A stretch of DNA of 58,982 bases from Limisphaerales bacterium (GTDB lineage: Bacteria > Verrucomicrobiota > Verrucomicrobiia > Limisphaerales > SIBE01), in NCBI GenBank assembly GCA_044225505.1, contig JBGAIN010000033.1, forward strand, positions 1-58,982, written 5' to 3'. The notes below the pieces were generated by a model. It made no database searches, was not told the origin of the DNA, and saw nothing but the letters and a program-made list of their open reading frames with translations. Positions within the stretch are counted from its first letter, which is position 1; every line of letters starts with the position of its first letter. Below, in pieces: positions 41,206-52,362 of this stretch. The position numbers and the translations under genes are program-made.

Positions 41206-41331
41206 TCCACGTTCGGTGTTCGGTTTGTGGTTGCTGTTCAGTGGATAGGAGCAGTCATCTGCTTCCCAAAGTGGACGGGCCCCAGAAGACGCGACTGGGA
41301 TCCAGCGTACTGCTAAACTCGCGCTACCAGT

Positions 41332-41404
41332 CCCATTGGCACTGGGAAATTTCATTGAAGACCTGCGCTGCCGGTGTTCAATGAAGTTCCTCTGGGCCAA
41401 TGGG
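41332..41404 (+). promoter_or_regulatory. Long stem-loop in the pnp 5' leader (candidate RNase III processing site)
   Basis: CCCATTGGC..TTCATTGAA pairs with TTCAATGAA..GCCAATGGG; same position as the known rpsO-pnp leader hairpin. Confidence 0.55.
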
Positions 41405-41419
41405 CTTTAGAATTCGGTT

Positions 41420-43616
41420 ATGTCAGAAAAGATTACGTTTCAAGTCGGGGGCAATTCTATCACCATCGAATCGGGGAAGCTCGCCAAACAAGCAGATGGT
41501 GCAGTCACAGTTCAACTTGGAGAAACCATCGTTCTCGTCGCTGCCGTGGCGGCGACCAGCGCGAAACCTGGCCAGGATTTTTTCCCGCTGACGGTAGACT
41601 ACCGCGAGAAAGCGGCTGCGGCTGGGAAATTCCCGGGCGGATACTTCAAACGCGAAGGGCGTCCCACGGAGAAAGAAATCCTTACCAGCCGGGTGATTGA
41701 TCGCCCTGTTCGACCTCTCTTTCCCAAAGGCTGGTTCAACGAAGTTCAAATTCAAAGTGTACTGCTGAGTGCCGATGGCGAGAATGATCCTGATATCCTG
41801 AGCATTATCGGAGCTTCGGCGGCACTTATGGTCAGCGACATCCCTTGGGATGGACCTTTGGGAGCGGTGCGCGTCGGACGATTGAACGGACAATTCGTCG
41901 CCAATCCTACCCATGGGCAAATGCAGGAAAGCGATTTGGATTTGGTTTACGTAGGAAATAGCGCCGACCATGTGATGTTCGAAGGCTCCGCGAAAGAGAT
42001 TACGGAAGCGGACTTCCTAGCGGCTTTGGAATTCGGCCGCCAAGCCTGTCAACCGATCATTGCCGCGCAGAAAGAACTAACGTCGCGCACCGGCAAGAGT
42101 AAACGTGCCATCAAGGTCAATTCCGTGCCGGAAGAGATTCTGCTGGAAGCAAAAGCGTTGGCGGCGGACCGGATCGTTCCGGCACTGTTGACGACTGGAA
42201 AACTGGCCCGCGAATCGGCCGTCACGGAGGTGACGACAGAGATTGCCCAAAAGCTCGTGGCGAAGTTTGGGCCTGAGAAGGTGACCGATAACGTCTTGAA
42301 GGACGCGTTTTATTACATTCAGAAAGAGTCTGTCCGTAAGCTCATTCTCGATAACGGCAAGCGTTTAGATGGTCGTGGTTTTGATGATGTCCGCTCGATT
42401 GTCTCCGAGACCGCCTTGCTGCCGCGCGCTCATGGTTCCGCGTTATTCGCCCGCGGCGAGACCCAAGTGGTCGCCTTGGCGACGCTGGGAACGACTGAGG
42501 AATCCCAAGAGTTTGATTCTTACACAGGGGGCGAGACGCAAAAGCAGTTTATCCTCCACTACAATTTCCCTAACTTCTCCGTTGGTGAGACCGGTCGCAT
42601 TTCAGGGCCAGGACGCCGCGAAATCGGTCACGGCGCGTTAGCCGAGCGATCTTTGGAACCGATGATTCCGCTCCACGAGTTCCCCTATGCGATTCGAGTG
42701 ACGTGCGAAATCATGGAATCGAATGGATCGACTTCCATGGCATCGGTTTGCGGTGGCAGCCTCGCCTTGATGGACGCCGGTGTTCCGATGATTCGTCCTG
42801 TCGCGGGAATCAGTGTTGGCGTTTGCACGGAGTACAATGATCAGCACCAACTTAGCCGATACAAGTTGCTGACCGACATTATCGGTTGGGAAGATGCCTT
42901 TTGTGACATGGACTGCAAGATCGCAGGAACGGAAAAGGGCATCACAGGTTTTCAATTAGATCTCAAACTGAAGGGGTTGCCCCATCAGGTCATGTCAGAA
43001 GCGGTGGAGCGCGCGCGCGTGGCGCGGCTTATGATCCTGGGTGAAATGGCGAAGTCACTTGGAGAGTCTCGCAAGGAAATGAGCAAGTACGCGCCGCGCA
43101 TTCTCACGTTGAAGATCAACCCGGAAAAGATCGGTGCTCTCATCGGGCCTGGCGGGAAGAATATTAAACGGATCGTCGAGGAGTCAGGCTGTGAGATTAA
43201 CATTGAGGACGATGGCTCGGTGAAGATCTACTCGGTATCGGAGGAGGGGATGAAAATTGCCCGTCGTTCGATCGAGGGTCTGACAGCGGAAATCGAGGTT
43301 GGAAAGACCTATCGAGGCAAGGTGGTAACGATCAAAGATTTTGGTGCGTTTGTGGAAGTGTTCCCTGGCAAAGACGGGTTGTGCCACATTAGCGAGCTCG
43401 CCAATTTCCGAGTTAAACAGGGTCGAAGACATCGTCAAGGTAGGCGACGAGATTCTCGTGAAATGCATTGGTATCGATGACAAGGGACGGGTCAAGCTTT
43501 CCCGGCGTGCGGCGATGGAGGACCGGGACCGCGAAATGGCTGGAGCCGGTGCTGCGCCAGCTCCTGCGGTTGGCGTCCCAGCGGAAAGCGATCGTCGGCC
43601 AGCTCGCGAAGGCTGA
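41420..43616 (+). CDS. pnp: Polyribonucleotide nucleotidyltransferase, +1 frameshift near 43420 in the S1 domain
   Basis: [26 protein letters not shown] domain; FRVKQ continues as VEDIVKVG in ORF 43341..43616 if one G of CAGGGTC is removed. Confidence 0.93.
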
Positions 43617-43756
43617 GTATTGCTGGAACTGGCTGAGAGCCTGAAGGGGAGATCCTCTCCTCCACTGCATCCACCGCGCCCGAACTAGCTTCCTGAAAGC
43701 TAGTCCCGGGCTTTTGGGCTTTTGTCGACGATTCGAGACCGACAGCATTATCAGCC

Positions 43757-45103
43757 GTGCTTCAGCAACAAACTTTACGCGAACCGGTTAGTTACGCCGG
43801 CATTGGCCTGCATAGTGGTAACCGGGTCAACATGACCTTTTTGCCCGCGCCAGCGAACAGCGGAATCCGCTTTCGCCGCGTCGACCTGGAAGGCAAACCG
43901 GAGATCGAAGCTCGGATCGAGAATGTCTCCGACACTACCCGCTCGACCACCCTCTGCAAAGGGAACGTCAAGGTCCACACCGTCGAGCATGTATTAGCGA
44001 CGTTAGCTGGGTTCGGGATTGATAATCTCGTGATCGAGCTGGACGCCAACGAGCCTCCGATCGGAGACGGGAGCGCCAAACCGTATTGTCATATGGTCCA
44101 GACGGCTGGGTTGGTGCAGCAGGGGGAGCAGCGGAACTTCTTTCGCGTCGACAGGCCCCTGCAAATCGAGATTGGGGAGACAAGCATGGCGGTATTTCCA
44201 CATGACTGCCTCAAGATCACGTGCACGAGCTCCGATAAACAAGGGCGGTTTACCCAGTACTTTGCTGTCGAAATCACCCCGGAAGCTTGGGAACGCGAGG
44301 TTTCCTCCGCACGGACCTTTTGCTTCTTTGAAGAGATCGAATTCCTCATTAAGAATGGGCTGATCAAAGGGGGCAGTCTGGAGAACGCGGTCGTTATTCG
44401 CGACGACGCTGTCCTAACCAACGAACCGTTGCGTTATCCCGAAGAATTCGTCCGTCACAAGATTCTTGATATTATCGGTGATTTGGCTCTTGTCGGGCGC
44501 CCGTTATGCGCGCACATCGTCGCGGTAAAGCCGAGTCACACGGTCAATTGTGAGCTGGCTCGAAGGCTTTCGGAAGAACGCAAGCCGCTGGTCAGCCCGC
44601 GGACTTTTGCTCCGCCAGCGGGAGCGGGGGCCGGAGCAACGCCCCAACCCACGGGCAAACCCAATCCAAGTGCGACCATCATGGATATCAACGAATTGAT
44701 GAAGATTCTGCCGCACCGCTATCCATTCCTGATGGTGGATCGAGTCACTGGCATTGAAGGCAATACCATCGTTGCGCTCAAAAACGTTACGATTAACGAG
44801 CCGTATTTCCAGGGCCATTTTCCCAATCATCCTATTATGCCCGGGGTTTTACAGCTTGAAGCGATCGCCCAAGTGGCGGGTATTCTCATGCTGAAACAGG
44901 CCGAAAACACCGGCAAAATCGCTTATTTTATGTCTGCCGAATCCGTGAAATGGCGCAAGCCTGTTCGTCCGGGTGATACGCTCATCATCAAAGTGGAGTT
45001 GACTAAGTCTCGCGGCAAGATTGGGAAAGCGCGCGGCGTGTGCTCTGTGAATGGCGATGTGGTCAGCGAAGCGGATGTGGCGTTCATGTTAATGGAAGAA
45101 TGA
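43757..45103 (+). CDS. lpxC-fabZ: Bifunctional LpxC / FabZ
   Basis: GIGLHSG, TVEHVLA and HKILDIIGD, followed by [11 protein letters not shown] and [11 protein letters not shown]. Confidence 0.95.
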   Translation: MLQQQTLREPVSYAGIGLHSGNRVNMTFLPAPANSGIRFRRVDLEGKPEIEARIENVSDTTRSTTLCKGNVKVHTVEHVLATLAGFGIDNLVIELDANEPPIGDGSAKPYCHMVQTAGLVQQGEQRNFFRVDRPLQIEIGETSMAVFPHDCLKITCTSSDKQGRFTQYFAVEITPEAWEREVSSARTFCFFEEIEFLIKNGLIKGGSLENAVVIRDDAVLTNEPLRYPEEFVRHKILDIIGDLALVGRPLCAHIVAVKPSHTVNCELARRLSEERKPLVSPRTFAPPAGAGAGATPQPTGKPNPSATIMDINELMKILPHRYPFLMVDRVTGIEGNTIVALKNVTINEPYFQGHFPNHPIMPGVLQLEAIAQVAGILMLKQAENTGKIAYFMSAESVKWRKPVRPGDTLIIKVELTKSRGKIGKARGVCSVNGDVVSEADVAFMLMEE

Positions 45104-45885
45104 GCGCACACGGTGCCAAAGTTCATCCTAGCGCCATTGTGCATCCAGGCGCGACGATAGGTTCAGATTGCCAGATCGGGCCTTACTGTGTCATCGGCGA
45201 GCACGTGACGCTCGGGCCGGCATGTCAGCTCCATTCCCACGTCGTGATTGACGGCTATACCGTTTTGGGCCGCGGGAATGAAGTCTTCCCGTTCGCTACC
45301 ATCGGTTTAAAAACGCAAGACCTCAAATGGAAGGGCGGCGTGACACGAACGCAGATCGGTGATTTTAACACCTTCCGCGAGTATGTCACAGTGCACAGTG
45401 CGACCAGTGACGGGGAAACGACGGTGATTGGTTCGCACAACCACATCCTGGCCTACTGTCATCTGGCTCATAATGTCCAGTTGGGAGACCGAATTATCAT
45501 GTCCAATGTGGCAACGCTCGCGGGGCACGTGACGGTCGAAGACCATGCGGTTATCGGCGGGCTGGCCGCCGTGCATCAGTTCTGCCGCATCGGAAAAATG
45601 TCCATTATCGGCGGCTGTTCGAAAGTGGTTCAGGACGTGCCGCCGTTCATGTTGGCGGATGGCAATCCTGCCACAACGCGCACGATCAATAAAGTCGGCC
45701 TGGAGCGGAACGGTGTTTCGGAGGAATCGCAAGCGGCGTTGAAACAAGCCTACCGAATTCTGTTTCGGGAGCGGTTGACAATTTCCAATGCCCTGGCGCG
45801 TTTAGAAGCGGAGCTCAAGCCATTCCCAGAGATCCAGCACTTGATCGCCTTCACGCGCGCGAGCGAGCGAGGCATCAGCAAGTAA
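45100..45885 (+). CDS. lpxA: Acyl-ACP--UDP-GlcNAc O-acyltransferase
   Basis: Hexapeptide repeats, QDLKW, LAGHV, HQFCRIG. Confidence 0.93.
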   Translation: MSAHGAKVHPSAIVHPGATIGSDCQIGPYCVIGEHVTLGPACQLHSHVVIDGYTVLGRGNEVFPFATIGLKTQDLKWKGGVTRTQIGDFNTFREYVTVHSATSDGETTVIGSHNHILAYCHLAHNVQLGDRIIMSNVATLAGHVTVEDHAVIGGLAAVHQFCRIGKMSIIGGCSKVVQDVPPFMLADGNPATTRTINKVGLERNGVSEESQAALKQAYRILFRERLTISNALARLEAELKPFPEIQHLIAFTRASERGISK

Positions 45886-45977
45886 CCTCGCGCGTCGCAC
45901 TCCCAAGCATCCCCTCAGACTGCGCTTCTCCGACCTGCTACGTGGCTTTTTCCCATTTACCTCGCTAAACTCCACAC

Positions 45978-46715
45978 ATGAAGATTGAAATCTGTGTGGA
46001 TTCTGTCGAAGGCGCGATGACAGCGGCTCGCGGCGGTGCTGACCGCGTCGAGTTATGCGACAATCTGATGGAAGGCGGGACGACGCCGAGTGGGGGATGC
46101 ATCAAGCTGGCTCGGGCGAATCTCAGTATTGGTCTGCAAGTCATCATTCGGCCCCGTGGAGGAGATTTTCTCTATAGCGATATTGAGATGGCGGTGATGG
46201 TTGAAGATGTGCGTTTGGCGAAAGCTCTGGGTGCGGACGGCGTTGTGATCGGCTGTCTCACCGCTGACGGGGATGTTGATCAGGCCCGGACGTCCGCTTT
46301 GGCAGAGCTTGCGCGACCGATGAACGTTACCTTTCACCGGGCTTTCGATATGTGCCGAGATCCGCGGAAAGCTCTCGAAACCCTGATCGAACTGGGCATC
46401 GACCGCGTCTTGACCTCTGGCCAGGAAGCTTCCGTGCTGGAGGGCCTGGATCTCATTTGCGACCTCAACAAGCTGGCGGCCGGGCGCATCATTGTGATGC
46501 CTGGGGGTGGATTGACCGCACGCAACGTGCAGAAGATTGTGGAGCGTTCGGGTGTCCGGGAGGTGCACTTAAGCGCTCGTAGCGGCGTGGAGAGCAAGAT
46601 GAACCACCGGAACAGCCGCTGTTTTATGGGGGGAGCACTGCGACCACCCGAGTTCAGTTGGAAAGCCACCGACGAAGCCGCCGTCAAATCCATTGTCGGA
46701 CTGTTCCGCCCTTAG
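45978..46715 (+). CDS. cutC: CutC family protein
   Basis: GADRVELC...GGTTPS, RPRGGDF, TFHRAFD. Confidence 0.92.
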   Translation: MKIEICVDSVEGAMTAARGGADRVELCDNLMEGGTTPSGGCIKLARANLSIGLQVIIRPRGGDFLYSDIEMAVMVEDVRLAKALGADGVVIGCLTADGDVDQARTSALAELARPMNVTFHRAFDMCRDPRKALETLIELGIDRVLTSGQEASVLEGLDLICDLNKLAAGRIIVMPGGGLTARNVQKIVERSGVREVHLSARSGVESKMNHRNSRCFMGGALRPPEFSWKATDEAAVKSIVGLFRP

Positions 46716-46728
46716 TGCGCCCAGTGGG

Positions 46729-48213
46729 TTAGTGCCTGGGGACGGGTGAAGACTTGGGCGTAACCAGGATGTTTCCTTCCAGGTCGCTCCAGGAGCCCCG
46801 GTTCCCGTGGGGTTTCACCGCCAGGTGCTCGAGGTAAAATAGGGTCGGTTCGACGATATGCTGATTGTTGAGAAACGGCTCGGTATACTGAATGGCGCCG
46901 AATTTTGTGCCGCCAATGTGATGCTGTTGTCCGACATGGTTGTTCCAATCCACGCCCTCCGTCAGGAAGCCGTAGGGCCCATAGTGATGCTTGGCGATGG
47001 CGCGCAGAATGGTAAGCCCACGAAGCTCCAGGTCCCGTCGGCGGGCGGGGGATAATTGTCGAGCGTGAGCGGCCGCTTCGAAATAAGCGAGGGCAGCCTC
47101 GGCATTCTCCCACAGGTAGGCCGTATCCCAACTCTTTTCCATGTAGAGCAGGCCCTTGGTCGCAATCCCATTTCGATCTTCATTCATTTGGAACATTTCC
47201 AGACCTGCAAGGCAGGTGTCATAGGCAAATTGTCGGATACGATCATCTCTCAGAACCTCGGCAACTTCCCGCAACGTTCGAAAAGCAACCGAGTAGGCGA
47301 CGTTTTCCTTGGGATCGTAGGTGTCGTGGTTGATGCTGCCGAAAATCCCACCCGCGCGCATGAACACGTCTGCCTTCTCTCGCAACTCAAGGGTATAGTC
47401 GGCCAGATTTCGTCGAGTCAGACCCGCTTGAAGCTGAAGGATAAACAAACCGTCGGCGGAAGATTGCCAGAAAGGATCGTTACCGCCTTCGGGTGATTTC
47501 CGATAGACCTTGCCGTTCTTATCCACTCGGCGCGGATACCAACCATTGGGAACAGGCTCCATTTGATCGTGCAACCACGCCGCACAGCGGGTGGCAATCG
47601 TTCGAAGCCGCGGCGCTCTCGGATCAATGCCAAGTGCGTCTGCCCAAAGTAACAGCTGGTATCCGATCTTGGCCATCGATCCGGGGCAAAACCAGTCCGA
47701 TTGATGCTTGTAATTGAGGCAGTACTTTCCAGTAGTCGTTTCCCGGTAGCCGCGAATAAACCCACTCGGCTCATCGATAAATCCACCGTTCAACACGTGG
47801 TCAAGGATGGAGACTCCTTTGGTTTGCCATTCGGGCGTCCTCAGGAATCGGCCGAGCCGATAGATTTCAAGAGCGCCTCCTGCCGCATTGGCCGCCCAAC
47901 CTGGCCCTTCCAGGTTGCCGAAGTCATGCCAGCCCATCGGTTCACCCTCGGGGTTCACAAAGCTCGAAATGGAGACCAGTTCATTCCGGCCATCCGGACG
48001 AACCGTCCTTTCCAGCGTGAACCGGACCGAGTCGAGGCAAGAGTCAACGATGGTGTAACGGCGGTTCTCCGGTAAGTAAAACGGCTGTTCGCCAGCCGCG
48101 GCGGGAACTGGACGATCCTGGACGGGCATTCGAGCACATCCATTAGTAAGGACGAAAACGGCGAGCCATGCCATCCAATGGCACGGTGGCTGATGGCATC
48201 GGACGAGGTGCAT
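46729..48213 (-). CDS. Hypothetical exported protein or lipoprotein, possibly an alpha/alpha-toroid carbohydrate-acting fold
   Basis: Long ORF; lipobox-like VLTNGC; aromatic-rich helical repeats; family not recognised. Confidence 0.55.
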   Translation of the reverse strand: MHLVRCHQPPCHWMAWLAVFVLTNGCARMPVQDRPVPAAAGEQPFYLPENRRYTIVDSCLDSVRFTLERTVRPDGRNELVSISSFVNPEGEPMGWHDFGNLEGPGWAANAAGGALEIYRLGRFLRTPEWQTKGVSILDHVLNGGFIDEPSGFIRGYRETTTGKYCLNYKHQSDWFCPGSMAKIGYQLLLWADALGIDPRAPRLRTIATRCAAWLHDQMEPVPNGWYPRRVDKNGKVYRKSPEGGNDPFWQSSADGLFILQLQAGLTRRNLADYTLELREKADVFMRAGGIFGSINHDTYDPKENVAYSVAFRTLREVAEVLRDDRIRQFAYDTCLAGLEMFQMNEDRNGIATKGLLYMEKSWDTAYLWENAEAALAYFEAAAHARQLSPARRRDLELRGLTILRAIAKHHYGPYGFLTEGVDWNNHVGQQHHIGGTKFGAIQYTEPFLNNQHIVEPTLFYLEHLAVKPHGNRGSWSDLEGNILVTPKSSPVPRH

Positions 48214-48360
48214 AAGCCCGTGCTAAGGTGGGAAGCCGGCCGTCGTCAATTGAATTACGCGTTAATAATTCTTTTGTTTCCCATGGAATGGGGTTAGTTC
48301 CAAGGCGTCCCAAATGCCGCACACCGTCGATGCCCTTAACAATCGAGTCTCGCCAATGCC

Positions 48361-49470
48361 ATGAACAAGAGTGGACGCGTTAAAGTGGGAATTATCGGTT
48401 CCCAGTTTCAGGCCGATATTCATGCCGAGTCTTTTCGCCTTATGCCTGACGAAGCGGAAGTCGTCGGCGTTGCCTCGCCGACTGCCGGCAATGCCGAGCG
48501 GTTTGCCCACAAGCATCATCTGGCGCGGCATTTTACTGATTATCGGCAAATGCTGGCTGAGCCTGATATCGAGATGGTAACGATTGCGGCCCCCAATCAA
48601 CTCCACGCTGGGATGGTCGTTGACGCGGCGCGCGCGGGGAAGCATATCGTCTGTGAAAAGCCGCTCTGCATGACGCTGGAGGAAGCTGACATCATGATCG
48701 ATATCTGCCGGCAAAAAGGTGTCCTGCTGATGTATGCGGAAGAGCTGTTCTTTACCCCCAAATACGTCAAAGCGAAGCAGATGGCTGACGAGGGCGCGTT
48801 TGGGAGCCTTTACCTGGTGAAACAATCGGAGAAGCATTTCGGACCGCATGCGCCCTGGTTTTGGGATGTCGACCGCTCGGGCGGCGGAGTTTTCATGGAT
48901 ATGGGCTGTCATGGCATTGCTTTTTGTTATTGGTTCCTGGGTCGGCCGGCCATCAAGAGTGTTTTGTGCCACATGGGGACTTACGTGCATAAAGACAAGA
49001 CGCGCGGGGAGGACGATTGCGTCTGCGTTTTAGAGTTTGAAAACGGCGCCAAAGGATTGATTGAAGACAGTTGGGCGCGTCGCGGCGGGATGGAAGACCG
49101 GATTGAGGTTTACGGTGAAGGAGGAATGACCTGCGCTGACTTGCATATGGGGAATGCGCTGCCGACCTACAGCGAGTATGGCTACGGTTATGCCGTGGAA
49201 AAAGCGCCCTCGACTAAAGGGTGGAGTTGGCCAGTGTTCGAAGAGCTCTGGAACTATGGTTTTCCTCAAGAAATGCACCACTTCGCTCGTTGCGTCCGAG
49301 GCAAGGAGCGGCCTCAAGCCACGGGCGAAGATGGCCGGGTTGTCCAGGAAGTCTTGTGTGCGGGCTATCAGTCGGCCGGTTTGGGAGCAAAGGTTCAGCT
49401 GCCGTTTCGTCCCAAGAACGTTGTTCGCCCGATTGATCTATGGTTTAACCCAGTTCGTCAGACGTGCTAA
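48361..49470 (+). CDS. Gfo/Idh/MocA family oxidoreductase
   Basis: VGIIGS, CEKP, GGGVFMDMGCH. Confidence 0.9.
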   Translation: MNKSGRVKVGIIGSQFQADIHAESFRLMPDEAEVVGVASPTAGNAERFAHKHHLARHFTDYRQMLAEPDIEMVTIAAPNQLHAGMVVDAARAGKHIVCEKPLCMTLEEADIMIDICRQKGVLLMYAEELFFTPKYVKAKQMADEGAFGSLYLVKQSEKHFGPHAPWFWDVDRSGGGVFMDMGCHGIAFCYWFLGRPAIKSVLCHMGTYVHKDKTRGEDDCVCVLEFENGAKGLIEDSWARRGGMEDRIEVYGEGGMTCADLHMGNALPTYSEYGYGYAVEKAPSTKGWSWPVFEELWNYGFPQEMHHFARCVRGKERPQATGEDGRVVQEVLCAGYQSAGLGAKVQLPFRPKNVVRPIDLWFNPVRQTC

Positions 49471-49528
49471 GGGTCAGGATGCAGGCAGTCGACTTTTTCC
49501 GAGGGGGCTTTATCGTGTCGATCACGGA

Positions 49529-50899
49529 ATGAGAAAGTCCGATTCACTCCCAGCACGACTCTTAATTGCGGATGATCAGGCCGACGTTCGCGAGGCACTC
49601 TATCTCCTGTTCAAAGGAGAGGGCTACCAAACCGACGTGGTCAATTCTCCAGCGCAAGTGATGCAGGCGCTGCGCGAAAAGGAGTTCGCCCTTCTCTTAA
49701 TGGATTTGAACTACGCGCGCGATACCACATCCGGGCAGGAAGGTCTCGATTTGCTGTCGAGCATCCAATCGATGGACGGCGTTTTGCCTGTCGTCGTGAT
49801 GACGGCATGGGGCAGTGTAGAACTGGCCGTGGAAGCGATGCGCCGAGGAGCGCGTGATTTCGTGCAGAAACCTTGGGATAACGCCCGCTTGCTCACCATC
49901 GTCCGCACTCAGATTGAACTCAGTCAGGCGTTGCGCAAAGGCGCTCGTCTAGAAGCGGAAAACCAGATGTTGCGCGGGCCATCCCGGCCCAATCTGATTG
50001 CCCAGTCGCGTGCCATGCAACCTGTCTTGCAGATCATCGAACGCGTTGGTCCGTCCGACGCCAACGTGCTGATCACGGGCGAAAATGGCACGGGCAAAGG
50101 CGTCATCGCCCAGGCCCTCCATGCGTCATCGACCCGGGCGAGCAAAGCGTTGGTGACCGTGAACACCGGCGGTTTATCGGAAGGCGTCTTTGAGAGCGAA
50201 CTGTTCGGGCATGTCAAAGGCGCGTTCACTGACGCCAAGACGGACCGCGTCGGGCGTTTTGAAATGAGCGATGGCGGCACACTCTTCCTGGACGAAATCG
50301 CCAATGTCCCGCTCAGCCAGCAGCCCAAGCTCCTCCGCGTTCTCGAGACGGGTGATTTTGAGCGCGTCGGATCTTCCAAAACACTGCGGGCCGATGTCCG
50401 AATTATCTCCGCGACTAATGCGAGCTTAAAAAGCGAAGTCGATGCCGGTCGCTTCCGCCAGGATCTGCTCTTTCGATTGAATACGATTGAGATTCATCTT
50501 CCGCCCTTGCGCGAGCGCCGCGAAGACATACCGTTGTTGGCGCGTATTTCCTTGGAACAGCATTGCCAGCGATACCGCAAAAACATTCTTGGTTTTGAAG
50601 ATGCCGCACTCCAGGTGCTGCTGAATCATCCGTGGCCTGGCAATATTCGTGAACTCAATCATGCCGTCGAACGTGGAGTGCTCATGGCTCAGGGCCAACA
50701 GCTCAAACCGAGCGATCTCGGCTTGAATTCGACCGCGTCCGAGGCTCGACCTTTGGAAGAAATGAGCTTGGAAGAGGTGGAGCGGTTCTTGATCAAGAAG
50801 ACCCTGGCTCGCTGTGACGGGAACGCGAGCCGTGCCGCTGAATCGTTGGGCCTCAGCCGCAGCGCGTTTTATCGCCGGCTGGAGAAGTATCGGCTGTGA
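49529..50899 (+). CDS. Sigma-54-dependent response regulator (NtrC family)
   Basis: Receiver IADD...MDLNY; GENGTGK, ESELFGHVKGAFTDA, C-terminal Fis-type HTH; start set at ATG 49529. Confidence 0.92.
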   Translation: MRKSDSLPARLLIADDQADVREALYLLFKGEGYQTDVVNSPAQVMQALREKEFALLLMDLNYARDTTSGQEGLDLLSSIQSMDGVLPVVVMTAWGSVELAVEAMRRGARDFVQKPWDNARLLTIVRTQIELSQALRKGARLEAENQMLRGPSRPNLIAQSRAMQPVLQIIERVGPSDANVLITGENGTGKGVIAQALHASSTRASKALVTVNTGGLSEGVFESELFGHVKGAFTDAKTDRVGRFEMSDGGTLFLDEIANVPLSQQPKLLRVLETGDFERVGSSKTLRADVRIISATNASLKSEVDAGRFRQDLLFRLNTIEIHLPPLRERREDIPLLARISLEQHCQRYRKNILGFEDAALQVLLNHPWPGNIRELNHAVERGVLMAQGQQLKPSDLGLNSTASEARPLEEMSLEEVERFLIKKTLARCDGNASRAAESLGLSRSAFYRRLEKYRL

Positions 50900-50945
50900 A
50901 AGCTTTAGTGTCACCGAAGGTGCGGGGCTCGGCCACCCACGATAT

Positions 50946-52334
50946 GTGAAGCGTCTGAATCACGAGAAGCGTGTTTTCTTCCTGGCCCTGGCCGCCGGCT
51001 TACCTGGGGTACTGGTGGCGCTATTCCTCCTTTGGTCTGGGACTATCGCCCCGTTCGATAGCGCCCGGGACGGCGGCTGGCTCCCAGGCCAGGAAAGCTT
51101 CGAAACACCGCGATCTCATTATGCACTGCGGACGCGATGGATGGTCACCCTAGTGATGTTGGGGTTTTGGGTTGGCGGCGCGTATGCCGTCCGGGCCAAG
51201 GTCCGGTTTCCATTGCAGACCCTTTCCAACTTGCTCGCCGCGATTCGCGAGGGGGATTACTCCATTCGGGCCCGTGGCGCTTCTTACGACGATGCGCTAG
51301 GCGAGGTGTTGGCGGAATTGAATTCGCTCGGGCAAAACTTGCACGAGCAGCGCTTGGGCGCACTCGAGGCCAGTGCTCTGCTTTCCAAAGTCATGTCCGA
51401 GATTGAGGTGGCTGTTTTCACGTTCGATAACGAACAGAAATTGCGGCTGGTCAATCGTTCCGGAGAACGGTTGCTCGCTCAACCGGTCGAACGCTTGCTC
51501 GGTCGTAGCGCTCACGAACTTGGCTTGGCCGATTGTTTGCAGGGCGATACCGCACAGACTGTCCAGGCAGCATTTCCGGGGGGCATGGGGCGCTGGGGTA
51601 TGCGGCGAAGCACGTTCCGCGAACAAGGCGTTCCTCATCAGCTCCTGGTCCTGACCGATTTAAGCCGGACTTTGCGGGAAGAAGAGCGCCAAGCTTGGCA
51701 ACGGTTGCTCCGTGTGCTCGGGCACGAATTAAACAATTCGTTGGCTCCGATTAAGTCGATCGCAGGCAGCCTGGAAACGCTTCTCGGGCGGGAACCTAAA
51801 CCTCTCGATTGGACGGACGACATGAAACGCGGGTTGAACGTGATCTCCAGTCGAACTGGCGCCCTGAACCGTTTCATGGACGCCTATAGCAAACTGGCCC
51901 GCCTTCCCGCGCCCAAGTTGCGACCGGTCGACGTCGCTCCTTGGATGGAACGGGTCGTACGGTTGGAAACTCGCATTCCGGTCGAGTTTCGTCCGGGACC
52001 CCCATTGATTTTGCAGGCTGATGCTGACCAACTCGATCAACTGTTAATCAACCTTTTGCGCAACGCAGCGGATGCCGCCCTTGAAACCCATGGCCATGTC
52101 CAGGTCAGCTGGAGCAAATCGGGCAGCTTTCTGGATGTTCACGTCGAAGACAATGGGCCTGGTCTCTCCAACACCGCCAACCTCTTTGTCCCCTTCTTCA
52201 CGACCAAGCAGGGCGGATCGGGGATTGGATTGGTCTTGTGCCGCCAGATTGCCGAAGCTCATGGCGGCACACTTTCGCTCGAGAATCGAGTGCAGAGTCG
52301 CGGCTGCATTGCGCACTTGCGGTTGCCGCTCTGA
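50946..52334 (+). CDS. Membrane sensor histidine kinase (NtrY-like)
   Basis: Two TM helices, HAMP/PAS-like region, HELNNSL, NLLRNA, PFFTTK..GSGIGL; GTG 50946 within ORF 50814..52334. Confidence 0.9.
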   Translation: MKRLNHEKRVFFLALAAGLPGVLVALFLLWSGTIAPFDSARDGGWLPGQESFETPRSHYALRTRWMVTLVMLGFWVGGAYAVRAKVRFPLQTLSNLLAAIREGDYSIRARGASYDDALGEVLAELNSLGQNLHEQRLGALEASALLSKVMSEIEVAVFTFDNEQKLRLVNRSGERLLAQPVERLLGRSAHELGLADCLQGDTAQTVQAAFPGGMGRWGMRRSTFREQGVPHQLLVLTDLSRTLREEERQAWQRLLRVLGHELNNSLAPIKSIAGSLETLLGREPKPLDWTDDMKRGLNVISSRTGALNRFMDAYSKLARLPAPKLRPVDVAPWMERVVRLETRIPVEFRPGPPLILQADADQLDQLLINLLRNAADAALETHGHVQVSWSKSGSFLDVHVEDNGPGLSNTANLFVPFFTTKQGGSGIGLVLCRQIAEAHGGTLSLENRVQSRGCIAHLRLPL

Positions 52335-52362
52335 ATCGCGTGATCTATTCTAGAATGCCCTT

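Noticed and set aside
43410..43430. Programmed ribosomal frameshift in pnp
   Set aside because: No slippery heptamer; a homopolymer indel error is the simpler explanation.
43757..45103. LpxC-FabZ fusion as a novelty
   Set aside because: This fusion is already known in several phyla.
48262..49528. 242-aa antisense ORF 48262..48990 and the 125-aa upstream extension of the NtrC ORF
   Set aside because: Both overlap the well-supported oxidoreductase gene and lack domain features.
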